Made by a program: the position numbers and the translations under genes. The notes beneath the pieces were generated by a model. The model had not been told where the DNA came from, did not search any database, and worked only from the letters and a program-made list of their open reading frames with translations. 64,000 nt of DNA from Bdellovibrio sp. (GTDB taxonomy: Bacteria > Bdellovibrionota > Bdellovibrionia > Bdellovibrionales > Bdellovibrionaceae): the NCBI GenBank assembly GCA_036676395.1, contig JAKFCY010000002.1, forward strand, positions 1,952,001 through 2,016,000. Reading direction: 5' to 3'. Of this stretch, positions 55,346-64,000 are shown piece by piece; the stretch's first letter is position 1; the number at the start of each line of letters is the position of its first letter.

Positions 55346-55960
55346 ATGAAATTATATTACTCTCACATTTCTCCGTTCACCCGTAAGGTGCTAGCAACTG
55401 CAATCATTGCTGGCCTTTACGACAAAATCGAAATCATCGACTTAATGGCTTCTGGCACCTTTCAACCTACCAACGAATTTAAAAAAGCTAATCCGTTAGC
55501 AAAAATTCCGACCCTGGTTTTGGCCAATGGCGAAGCTGTCATTAATTCTCCGGTGATCTGTGAATACTTAGATGCAAAATCGGTAATGGGTTCGATTTAC
55601 CCTACAAATGAAGAAGCTTATTTCTTACAGAAGAAATTCGAAGCTTTAGCCGATGGCTGTATGGATGCTGCGGTTCTTAGAAGATACGAATCTCTTCGTC
55701 CAGTGGCTCAGCAAAGTGCCGAGTATGATGAAAAACAAAAAGAGAAAATGGCTTTAAGTTTTGCGTACTTTGAATCGATGGTTTCTAAACTTGGAACTTC
55801 TGAGTTCTTTATCGGCGAGATCAGCATCGTTTCGATGATTGGTTATGCGGACTACCGTTTTGCTTCAGAAAACTGGTTGGCTAAGGCTCCGAATTTGAAA
55901 AAATGGTATGACCAAGTTCGGGTTTTACCGCTGTTTATGCAAACAGAGCCTAAAAAATAG
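55346..55960 (+). CDS. Glutathione S-transferase
   Basis: SPFTRKV, NPLAKIPTL, NSPVICEYLD, ALADG..DAAV. Confidence 0.92.
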   Translation: MKLYYSHISPFTRKVLATAIIAGLYDKIEIIDLMASGTFQPTNEFKKANPLAKIPTLVLANGEAVINSPVICEYLDAKSVMGSIYPTNEEAYFLQKKFEALADGCMDAAVLRRYESLRPVAQQSAEYDEKQKEKMALSFAYFESMVSKLGTSEFFIGEISIVSMIGYADYRFASENWLAKAPNLKKWYDQVRVLPLFMQTEPKK

Positions 55961-55989
55961 GTTTTTTCTGCAGAAATTTACCCTGTTAT

Positions 55990-56018
55990 TTGACAAGGGT
56001 TCGGTTCGCCTTTAAAAC
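55990..56018 (+). promoter_or_regulatory. Sigma70-like promoter of the tRNA
   Basis: TTGACA-N17-TAAAAC, about 30 nt upstream of the tRNA. Confidence 0.55.
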
Positions 56019-56047
56019 AATTGTTCACTTTGAATATCTTTGTCGGT

Positions 56048-56124
<77 letters not shown>

Positions 56125-56214
56125 ATTTTTTTAGTTTGTCGCAAGACAAGCACATAGCTCCGAGGGTGCGCCCGAGGAGAGTCTCTCTGGAAATGAGCCT
56201 CTAGGAGAGATATT

Positions 56215-56239
56215 AAACCCGCAGAAATGTGGGTTTTTT
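56215..56239 (+). terminator. Intrinsic terminator downstream of the tRNA trailer
   Basis: AAACCCGC-AGAAAT-GTGGGTTT followed by TTT. Confidence 0.7.
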
Positions 56240-56277
56240 ACTTTGACAAAAAGCTTCGCCAACTTTCATATGAACCC

Positions 56278-56727
56278 ATGAGACCATCTAAAGTAGCCAA
56301 TCTAATGAACCTAGCCGAAGTTGTCGCCCAGAGATCTCATGATGCCGAAACTCATGTCGGAGCTCTGCTTGTATCAAATAAAACCGGAGCCATTCTTGCG
56401 ACGGGCTTTAATGGTTTTGTTCGCGGCACCAACGATAAAGAATTACCCAACACCCGTCCCGATAAATATCCTTACATGGTTCATGCTGAACAAAACCTTA
56501 TCGCCAACTGCGCCCGCCACGGAATTTCAATGGATGACTGCACAGTGGTTTGCACGCATTCACCCTGCGTTGTCTGCATGCGATTATTATTTCAATGTGG
56601 TATTACCGAAGTTCTTTTTAAGGTTTCATACACTGACTCTGAAAAGGTCAAAGAGATGAAAGACATCAAAGTTATCGAAATAGAAACTGAAGAGCCTGGT
56701 ATCAAAAAATTAAGATACGAAGTCTAA
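56278..56727 (+). CDS. dCMP deaminase (ComEB-like)
   Basis: VGA.L, TGFNG, HAEQN, PCVVC; ATG at 56278 preferred. Confidence 0.88.
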   Translation: MRPSKVANLMNLAEVVAQRSHDAETHVGALLVSNKTGAILATGFNGFVRGTNDKELPNTRPDKYPYMVHAEQNLIANCARHGISMDDCTVVCTHSPCVVCMRLLFQCGITEVLFKVSYTDSEKVKEMKDIKVIEIETEEPGIKKLRYEV

Positions 56728-56740
56728 AAAATAAATAAAT

Positions 56741-56755
56741 TATTTGTCACAAATA
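56741..56755. promoter_or_regulatory. Palindromic operator candidate upstream of the metal efflux operon
   Basis: TATTTGT-C-ACAAATA perfect dyad about 40 nt before the RND ATG. Confidence 0.4.
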
Positions 56756-56797
56756 GCGCTTACCAATCATAGTACTTAGAGAAGAAGGTATTTAGGT

Positions 56798-59700
56798 ATG
56801 CTAGATCGTATTATTAAGTTTTCTCTTTCTCACCGTCTATTGGTGATCGCTTTTGCGGCATTAATAGTGTCGTATGGCGGCTGGATTGCCACAAACTTGC
56901 CGGTCGACGTTTTCCCCGATTTAAACAGACCCACAGTTACGGTAATGACTGAGGCCACTGGGCTAGCGCCTGAAGAAGTCGAAACCCTCGTTACCTTTCC
57001 TTTAGAAACAGCTCTTAATGGCCTTCCCGGCGTTGAAAGAGTTCGGTCTAACTCTGGTGTTGGGCTGAGTATCGTTTATATCGAGTTCGCATGGGGAACA
57101 GATATTTTTAGAAACCGCCAATTAGTTCAAGAAAAACTTTCTTTAGCTCAAGCAAAACTTCCAAAAAACATGACTCCTATTATGGGCCCGATTTCTTCTA
57201 TCATGGGAGAAATTCAACTGATTGGTTTAACTTCTCAAGATCCAGAAATAAAACCGATGGATCTAAGAACCCTAGCGGATTGGACGATTAGGCCGCGCCT
57301 ACTTAGCATTCCAGGAATTGCCCAGGTCATTTCAATTGGTGGCGGCGTAAGACAATACCAAATTTTATTATCTGCAGAAAAAATTCAGAAGTTACAGCTT
57401 TCAATTGAAGATATTGAAAACAATCTTTCAAAAGTGAGCCTGAACTCGACCGGTGGATTTATTAATATTGAAAAAAATGAGTCGTTGATCCGGGTCATTG
57501 GTGCGATCAGAAACAAAGAAGAAATCCTTGATTCAGTCGTTGGATTTCATCTGGGGCGACCGGTTGTTGTTCGCGATGTGGCTGAAGTTCGGGAAGCGCC
57601 GCAAACTATGCGTGGCGAAGCCAGCGTAAACGCCAAAAGTGGTGTCATCATCAGTGTGCAAAAACAACCTGGCGCAAGCACAATTGATCTTACCAAAGAA
57701 ATTGAAAAAGCTTTAGCTGAGCTAAAAACATCACTACCTGCAAAAGTTGAACTTAATTCTAATTTATTTAAACAAGCCCATTTTATTGAATCATCAATCG
57801 ATAATGTAAAAGAAGCCCTTCGCGATGGCGTGATTTTAGTTTTAATCGTGCTCTTTCTATTCTTAATGAATTTCAGAACAACCGTCATTACAATGACAGC
57901 AATCCCCTTAAGTTTTGTTTTGACGGCTGTTGTTTTTCATTTTTTCGGATTAACAGTTAATACCATGACTTTAGGTGGCTTAGCTATCGCCATTGGTGAA
58001 CTTGTCGATGATGCCATTGTTGATGTTGAAAATGTCTTTCGTAGATTACGAGAAAATAATCTGTCTGCAAATCCTAAAAACACATTAAAAGTTATTTACG
58101 AAGCTTCAAGCGAAGTTAGAAACTCAATTGTTATTGCCACTGTTATCGTATGCCTTGTGTTTATTCCACTGTTTACAATGAGTGGAATTGAAGGAAAATT
58201 ATTCGTACCATTGGGAATTGCCTATATCGTTTCGCTGATTGCTTCTATGGTGATTTCGTTAACGGTAACGCCTGTTTTATGCTCGTATTTACTTAGCAAA
58301 AAAAGTCTTCTTGAACATAAGGAGGGAAAGCTTGTTACTACTTTGAAAGCTTGGGACACAAAACTACTTCTCAAGGCAATTAAGCATCCGCGCGCAGTTA
58401 TAGGTATAACGGCCGCACTTTTTATATTTTCTCTTATCATAGCCTCATTTATGGGGCGCGATTTCCTGCCAAAATTTAATGAAGGCACGGCAACTATTTC
58501 AATGATGGCCCAGCCTGGTATTTCACTTGAAGAGTCTAATAAATTAGGTTTTCAGGCCGAAGAACTTATTTTAAAAACGCCAGAAGTTAAATCAGTGTCT
58601 CGCCGGACTGGTCGCGCCGAGCAAGACGAACACGCTGAAGGCGTTCATTCATCTGAAATTGATGTGGACTTTAAAGAAACTGGTCGTCCCCGTGCAATCG
58701 TGCTCGATGAAATCAGAAATAACTTATCTTCGATTGAGAATGTCTTTATCAATATCGGCCAACCTATTTCTCACAGATTAGACCATTTGCTTTCTGGTGT
58801 TCGCGCCCAAATTGCTATAAAAATATTTGGACCCGACCTTACTGTTTTAAGATCTAAATCTGCCGAGATCTTTAAAGCTATCGAAGGCACTACAGGTCTA
58901 ACAGACCTGCAAGTCGAACAACAAGTTTTAATACCACAGGTGAAAATTCAGCTCTTACGTGATGAAGCCCTTAAATATGGTATTGTCGTTGGCGAACTTT
59001 CTGCCTTAATGGAAAAAGCTTTACAAGGTGAAGTGGTAGGGCAAATTTTAGAAGGTCAAAAAAGTATCGACCTTTTAATGAGATTCGACGAGAAATCTCG
59101 CACAGACCTTGAACTTATAAAATCAACCGCCATCAAAACTATGCCAGATGGAACAAAAATTACGGTTGAAAAAGTGGCCGATGTTTATGAATCTACAGGG
59201 CCCAATATCATCAACAGAGAAAATGCGCAGCGACGAATTGTTGTTTTAGCAAATTCTTCAGGTAGGGATCTAGATAGTTTAGTTAAAGAAATTCAAAGTA
59301 AGATTAAGCAAAATGTCGAACTGCCAGAAACATATTTTGTGACCTACGGGGGGCAGTTTGAAAGCCAGCAACAGGCCGCTCGCTTAATGATTGTACTAGG
59401 CTTACTAGCTATTGCAGGTATCTTTATAGTTTTATACGCCCACTTTAAATCTACATTTATTTCGTTTCAGGTTATGTTGAATATTCCGATGGCTTTTATC
59501 GGTGGTATTATTGGAATTTATTTAACTGATAAAACGATTTCTATTGCTAGCTTAGTTGCCTTCGTCACGTTGTGCGGTATCGCATCCCGTAATGGCATCA
59601 TGATGATTTCTCATTATTTACATTTATTGCAACATGAGGGCGAGAAGTTTACCCAAGAAATGGTCATTCGCGGTTCGCTTGAAAGACTTGTTCCTGTTTT

Positions 59701-59929
59701 GATGACTGCACTTACTGCTATTATCGGTTTAATGCCGTTAGTATTTGCCGGAGGCGAGCCAGGTAAAGAGATTCTGCATCCTGTGGCCGTCGTCATCGTG
59801 GGCGGACTTATAAGCTCTACCCTATTAGATATTTTTGTAACTCCGACCGTATTTTTTCATTATGGAAAAAAATCAGCGGAGAAAAGTCTTGAACGCACAA
59901 ACCAAACTAATTTATTCGAAGGAGCTTAA
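56798..59929 (+). CDS. CusA/CzcA-family heavy-metal RND efflux pump
   Basis: LPVDVFPDL, APEEVE..VT.PLE, GELVDDAIVDVEN, RL.PVLMTA; 1043 aa. Confidence 0.93.
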   Translation: MLDRIIKFSLSHRLLVIAFAALIVSYGGWIATNLPVDVFPDLNRPTVTVMTEATGLAPEEVETLVTFPLETALNGLPGVERVRSNSGVGLSIVYIEFAWGTDIFRNRQLVQEKLSLAQAKLPKNMTPIMGPISSIMGEIQLIGLTSQDPEIKPMDLRTLADWTIRPRLLSIPGIAQVISIGGGVRQYQILLSAEKIQKLQLSIEDIENNLSKVSLNSTGGFINIEKNESLIRVIGAIRNKEEILDSVVGFHLGRPVVVRDVAEVREAPQTMRGEASVNAKSGVIISVQKQPGASTIDLTKEIEKALAELKTSLPAKVELNSNLFKQAHFIESSIDNVKEALRDGVILVLIVLFLFLMNFRTTVITMTAIPLSFVLTAVVFHFFGLTVNTMTLGGLAIAIGELVDDAIVDVENVFRRLRENNLSANPKNTLKVIYEASSEVRNSIVIATVIVCLVFIPLFTMSGIEGKLFVPLGIAYIVSLIASMVISLTVTPVLCSYLLSKKSLLEHKEGKLVTTLKAWDTKLLLKAIKHPRAVIGITAALFIFSLIIASFMGRDFLPKFNEGTATISMMAQPGISLEESNKLGFQAEELILKTPEVKSVSRRTGRAEQDEHAEGVHSSEIDVDFKETGRPRAIVLDEIRNNLSSIENVFINIGQPISHRLDHLLSGVRAQIAIKIFGPDLTVLRSKSAEIFKAIEGTTGLTDLQVEQQVLIPQVKIQLLRDEALKYGIVVGELSALMEKALQGEVVGQILEGQKSIDLLMRFDEKSRTDLELIKSTAIKTMPDGTKITVEKVADVYESTGPNIINRENAQRRIVVLANSSGRDLDSLVKEIQSKIKQNVELPETYFVTYGGQFESQQQAARLMIVLGLLAIAGIFIVLYAHFKSTFISFQVMLNIPMAFIGGIIGIYLTDKTISIASLVAFVTLCGIASRNGIMMISHYLHLLQHEGEKFTQEMVIRGSLERLVPVLMTALTAIIGLMPLVFAGGEPGKEILHPVAVVIVGGLISSTLLDIFVTPTVFFHYGKKSAEKSLERTNQTNLFEGA

Positions 59930-59931
59930 AT

Positions 59932-60324
59932 ATGTTTAAAAAAATGATCTTCACTACGGTTTTATTATTAGCACTAAATCTATTTGCACACGATGGGCAT
60001 AATCAAACTCCGGGCTCGTTGAAAGCAAACCACGGCGGAACTGTTAAGACCGGAAAAGAAATCAATCTTGAATTTGTAGTTGCGGGAAATGAGCTAAAAT
60101 TATATCCAGCAAGCCACGAAGGCGCCGACTTAGCGCCGACTGAAGTTAAACTTAGCGCAACTGGCAAACTACCTAAAGGCAAACCTGAAGCTTTAAAAAT
60201 TGAATCAAAGAATGGGGTTTTGGTGGCGCCCATCGATTTTAAAACAGCCTACCGAATTGAAGTTATAGCTACGACCGAACACAAAGGTAAAAAAGATACT
60301 TTTAAATTTCAGGTTGAAAAATAG
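59932..60324 (+). CDS. Small exported His-motif protein (putative metal chaperone)
   Basis: Signal peptide LFA|HDGH; ANHGG; beta-rich. Confidence 0.65.
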   Translation: MFKKMIFTTVLLLALNLFAHDGHNQTPGSLKANHGGTVKTGKEINLEFVVAGNELKLYPASHEGADLAPTEVKLSATGKLPKGKPEALKIESKNGVLVAPIDFKTAYRIEVIATTEHKGKKDTFKFQVEK

Positions 60325-60335
60325 GAATTTTACAT

Positions 60336-61568
60336 ATGCAACTTTTGCGTAAAGCAGATTTCTTACTACCGCTTATTGTTTTGGGATTCACTGTTATTGC
60401 TGAATCCCAAACGCGGGCTGATTTAGAGAATAGATTGATTTCGTCTAATCAAGAACTTAAATCCCTGCAACAGGATATTTCAACGCAAGAAAATTTTAAA
60501 AATTCTACCTACTCGCCTTTCTTACCTAGCTTGAATGCTATAGGCGGCTTAGCAGAGATTAAAACCGATGATGATAGTTATAAAGGCCAAGTTGGCTACC
60601 TTCAGGGAACTGCGAATATATTTTCGGGTTTTAGCGACCGGGCTGCTTTTAATATCCAAACGCAAAAACATGAATTAGCCCGTCTAAATTATGAAATTGG
60701 CCTTCGTAAAATAAAAGAAGAGCTTACAGAAGTATTAACTTCAATGATTGGCATTCACCAGCTTGAAAAAATTTTGGATGAAGAATTTAAAATCACACAA
60801 ACCCAGAAACAGATGGCGGCACGTAAAGTCAGCGCTGGGCTTACTAGCCAAGTCGATAATTACGAGTTTGATTTACGCGAAAGTGAAATAGAAATTCAAC
60901 GGCGCAACATCGTGCGCGAGCATGAAGCTGTTCATCAAAAGCTAAATGCTTTATTTGACCAGGAAATTCAGGATAAAGAACTTGAAAGTCTAAAATTTGG
61001 CACCACAGGCACACTGGCTCAAGATGTAAATTTAACGTCTTTTGAAAGACACCCGCTGGTACTTAAAGCAAAACTTGAAGAACAAATTGCGCAATCAGAA
61101 AAAACTTCTGTAACGTCAGAATTTTTACCAAGAATAGATATTAATTATTCATTTGGAAGACTTACACCGACAGAGGATAAAGTTAAATACAATGAATCAG
61201 AAGTGGCCTTACTCATTACTATTCCACTTTTTTCAGGATTTGAAACCTATCATAAAAGAAAAGCCGCCGTTGCTAGCGTAGCTGCGAAAGAGCACGAAAA
61301 AAATCAAATTTTCTTAAATATAAAATCGCAGTTTGAACAATTAAAAATACGTGCCAAAGAACTTGTTGAACTGTACAGGATTATCGAACGCAAAGTTGCA
61401 ACTGCCGAAAAATACTACGGCTTAACTTTAGGTGAATATAAACGCGGGGTAAAAAACTCACCCGATTTGGTTGGCGCGACCGAGCGTTACTTCGATGCAA
61501 AAAAGAAAAAAATAGAAATTCAAAAAGAGCTTGAGCTAGTCCAGGTTCAACTCAACAACTACAGATAG
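60336..61568 (+). CDS. TolC/OEP outer-membrane efflux protein
   Basis: Two OEP repeats (FLPSL / FLPRI..; IPLFSGF; Y..G.....DL). Confidence 0.88.
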   Translation: MQLLRKADFLLPLIVLGFTVIAESQTRADLENRLISSNQELKSLQQDISTQENFKNSTYSPFLPSLNAIGGLAEIKTDDDSYKGQVGYLQGTANIFSGFSDRAAFNIQTQKHELARLNYEIGLRKIKEELTEVLTSMIGIHQLEKILDEEFKITQTQKQMAARKVSAGLTSQVDNYEFDLRESEIEIQRRNIVREHEAVHQKLNALFDQEIQDKELESLKFGTTGTLAQDVNLTSFERHPLVLKAKLEEQIAQSEKTSVTSEFLPRIDINYSFGRLTPTEDKVKYNESEVALLITIPLFSGFETYHKRKAAVASVAAKEHEKNQIFLNIKSQFEQLKIRAKELVELYRIIERKVATAEKYYGLTLGEYKRGVKNSPDLVGATERYFDAKKKKIEIQKELELVQVQLNNYR

Positions 61569-61577
61569 GAAGAAAAA

Positions 61578-62003
61578 ATGAAAACAATATTAGCTTCAAT
61601 TTTATTAGTCATTTCACTAAAAGCATTCGCGCATGGCGAAGATAAATTCGGCCCTAATGGCGGATATTTAAAAATGCCCGGCGGATTCCATACCGAAGTA
61701 GTTCCCGAAAAAGACGGAAAAATTAAAATTTATCTATTAGACATTAATTTCAAAAACCCGACAGTAAAAAATTCTAAAGTTACAGCCTCGATCAATAATG
61801 ACAGCAAAAAAGATCTTAAGTGCACTGGCAAAAGAAATCATTTCATCTGTGAAACAACCAAAGCTGAACTTACAAAAGGAACTTTAAATATCGTAGCCGA
61901 AAGAAGTACTGTTAAGGGCGCAGAAGCCATTTATGAATTACCTTTAGCTTTAGCAAAACCTGGCACAGAAATGAAAGAGGAAGATCATGGAAGCCACCAC
62001 TAA
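61578..62003 (+). CDS. Small exported His-motif protein, similar to 59932..60324
   Basis: AFA|HGED.FGPNGG...FHTEVV; C-terminal DHGSHH. Confidence 0.65.
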   Translation: MKTILASILLVISLKAFAHGEDKFGPNGGYLKMPGGFHTEVVPEKDGKIKIYLLDINFKNPTVKNSKVTASINNDSKKDLKCTGKRNHFICETTKAELTKGTLNIVAERSTVKGAEAIYELPLALAKPGTEMKEEDHGSHH

Positions 62004-62757
62004 TACACCAAATAATTCTAAGATTACTTATACCTATAAAATTGAAGGTATGACTTGCAGCTCGTGTGTTGAGAAAATTACCTACCGATTGAAAGCACTA
62101 CCCGGAGTTTCTTGGGTTAATGTCAGCCTAAGCGAAAAAAAAGCAGACATCATCGCTGACCGCGCAGTTTTACTAAAAGAAATTCAAAGTGCCATTGCAG
62201 ATATGCCTAAATATAAAGTGGATTTTTATGACGCCGTTGAAACCAGTAGTGTGTTACCACAGCAAAAAACATTTTTTCAAACTTACAAACCTCTCTTTAC
62301 AATCTTTGGATATGTATTAATTTTTAGCATAGCGTATCAAATTAGCCGTGGAACATTCTCAGCTCATTATTTCATGAATCACATCATGGCGGGATTTTTT
62401 GTTGGTTTGTCGTTTTTTAAATTTTTAGATTTAAAATCTTTTGCAACCGCATTTTCAAATTACGATCCGTTAGCAAAAAAATGGAAAGCTTACGGTGTAA
62501 TTTACCCTTTTATTGAGCTTACACTTGGTTTTTTGTTCATCGCTGACAAATTCTTAGTGTTTGCAAATGTTATGACGATTTTAGTGCTTACAACGACCAC
62601 AATCGGCGTTTATCAAAAAATTAAAAGTAAGAGTCAATTTCAGTGTGCCTGCCTAGGTGCTGGGTTTAATTTACCTCTGTCGAATGTTACTATTTTTGAA
62701 AATTTAGCTATGGTTGTAATGGCTTTAGTCGGAATTTTTTCGCCACTGTCACTCTAA
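61987..62757 (+). CDS. HMA domain fused to a MauE/DoxX-like membrane domain
   Basis: GMTCSSC; MAGFF..SFFK.LD...FA..F..YD; YPFIEL; CACLG. Confidence 0.85.
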   Translation: MEATTNTPNNSKITYTYKIEGMTCSSCVEKITYRLKALPGVSWVNVSLSEKKADIIADRAVLLKEIQSAIADMPKYKVDFYDAVETSSVLPQQKTFFQTYKPLFTIFGYVLIFSIAYQISRGTFSAHYFMNHIMAGFFVGLSFFKFLDLKSFATAFSNYDPLAKKWKAYGVIYPFIELTLGFLFIADKFLVFANVMTILVLTTTTIGVYQKIKSKSQFQCACLGAGFNLPLSNVTIFENLAMVVMALVGIFSPLSL

Positions 62758-62798
62758 ATTAAGGTCTATCTTTTGCTTCTAAATATTTAGGAGGAAAA

Positions 62799-64000
62799 AT
62801 GACTCATACATCGTTTTCATTAGCGGCTATAGTTTTTCTAACAAATATGGCAAATGCCCAAATGGATCATTCAGGCCTGGATCATTCTAAAATGAATCAT
62901 GCGATGATGGACCATCGCACTCAATGGGGCTCTTCGACTTGTCAAGACAACGAGGCTTGGGATTATTCACAAGGGATGTGTTTATTACTTAATAAAGATG
63001 GCTCTGAAAAGTCTCAGCTTATGATCCATGGCAATGCTTTTTTTACTGGAATTTGGGCCGAGAAGCCACGCGGTAAGGATCAATTTGCTATCCCTAATAT
63101 GGTGATGACAAATTATGGGCGCTCTTTTGGCGAACGACAGTTTGTTAATGTAAATATTATGCTTACATTTGAGCGTTGGACTTTTCACAAAGATGGTTAT
63201 TCAGAGTTGTTACAAATCGGTGAACATGATGACGACGGAAATCCGTATATAGATGCGCAACACCCTCATTCTTCGCCGATTATGGGTTTAACCTTTAGCG
63301 ATACTTTTTATATAGGTGATAACAAAGACAACCTTAGATTATTTTTTGCACCGCGAGGCCAATCGACGGATGGACCAGTTGCATTTATGCACAGACCTAC
63401 CGGCATGGCCAATCCTGATGCCCCGTTAGGCCATCATTTAGCACAAGATGTGGGGCACATAACGAGCACTGTATTAGGCGCATCGCTAACAAAATCTAAA
63501 ACTACATTAGAGCTATCGGCTTTTCATGGAGAAGAACCAGAGCCTACAAAAACAGATCTTCCCATGGGTGAACTTGATTCTTATGCGGCTCGGGTGTCGC
63601 AGGAGCTATCAACTAAATGGCAAATGATGATTTCTGCTTCTTTTGTTAAAAATCCCGAAGGCGATCACAATCCTGATTTAGATCATATTTGGCGGTATTC
63701 GTTATCCAGCTACAATCAAGTTGCGCTTAATAGCGAATGGACTTTAAGCAACACTTTGATTTATGGAGTAATTAATTTTTATGATGAAATACCAAAACTA
63801 GCTTCAGTAAATGAAGAATTTCTTTTCCATAAAAAACCATTAAATATCTGGGGAAGAATAGAATTCGTCCAAAGATCGGCAGCACAGTTAGCCATTGCAA
63901 CGACATCTGATAACCTGGCTGCACAAGATATCTATGCCGTGACTTTGGGTTATACCCACGACTTGCCAGCGTGGGAGTTTTTAAAATTCGGCTTAGGTGG
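62799..64000 (+). CDS. Exported His/Met-rich protein, probable outer-membrane barrel of a metal operon (3' partial)
   Basis: AGGAGG SD; signal peptide, then QMDHSGLDHSKMNHAMMDH; DAQHPH, GPVAFMHR, APLGHH; no stop found, absent from the ORF track. Confidence 0.75.
   Translation, partial: MTHTSFSLAAIVFLTNMANAQMDHSGLDHSKMNHAMMDHRTQWGSSTCQDNEAWDYSQGMCLLLNKDGSEKSQLMIHGNAFFTGIWAEKPRGKDQFAIPNMVMTNYGRSFGERQFVNVNIMLTFERWTFHKDGYSELLQIGEHDDDGNPYIDAQHPHSSPIMGLTFSDTFYIGDNKDNLRLFFAPRGQSTDGPVAFMHRPTGMANPDAPLGHHLAQDVGHITSTVLGASLTKSKTTLELSAFHGEEPEPTKTDLPMGELDSYAARVSQELSTKWQMMISASFVKNPEGDHNPDLDHIWRYSLSSYNQVALNSEWTLSNTLIYGVINFYDEIPKLASVNEEFLFHKKPLNIWGRIEFVQRSAAQLAIATTSDNLAAQDIYAVTLGYTHDLPAWEFLKFGLG

Noticed and set aside
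56278..56727. Anti-phage dCTP deaminase (AvcD-like)
   Set aside because: Single 149-aa deaminase domain with no kinase/P-loop domain; fits an ordinary dCMP deaminase

Overview
AT-rich bacterial chromosome segment. The gene content points to a predatory Bdellovibrionales (Bdellovibrio/Pseudobdellovibrio-like) genome; this is inferred from an Agl/Glt-type motor cluster, several PilZ proteins, many secreted hydrolases and a TIGR02147-like HTH. In order, the window holds: lolD/lolE, frameshifted prfB, ybeY and mazG; an 11-gene Agl-Glt-like cluster (4734-17432); a patch of secreted effector-like genes (17.5-20.8 kb); a housekeeping run (bioY, murJ, rpsT, phoD, corA, pepN, folE, split ABCC transporter, mgtE, S8 protease, pepA, apaG, pcp, pdxH, FKBP); tRNA-Met(CAT); and a heavy-metal RND/TolC operon with no membrane-fusion protein gene in the window, running off the end. 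Five structures are not explained by these genes. (1) A duplicated 49-nt leader/uORF precedes both TPR genes of the motor cluster. (2) An ART-fold-like gene is bracketed by a 23/24-bp direct repeat of the neighbouring gene's 3' end. (3) A LysR plus secreted-protein module is bracketed by a 42-bp inverted repeat. (4) A four-hairpin RNA candidate follows the tRNA. (5) An unannotated 48-aa basic ORF lies at 55146-55292. No CRISPR array, rRNA, integrase or transposase was seen. All protein calls come from motif recognition by eye, not database searches.
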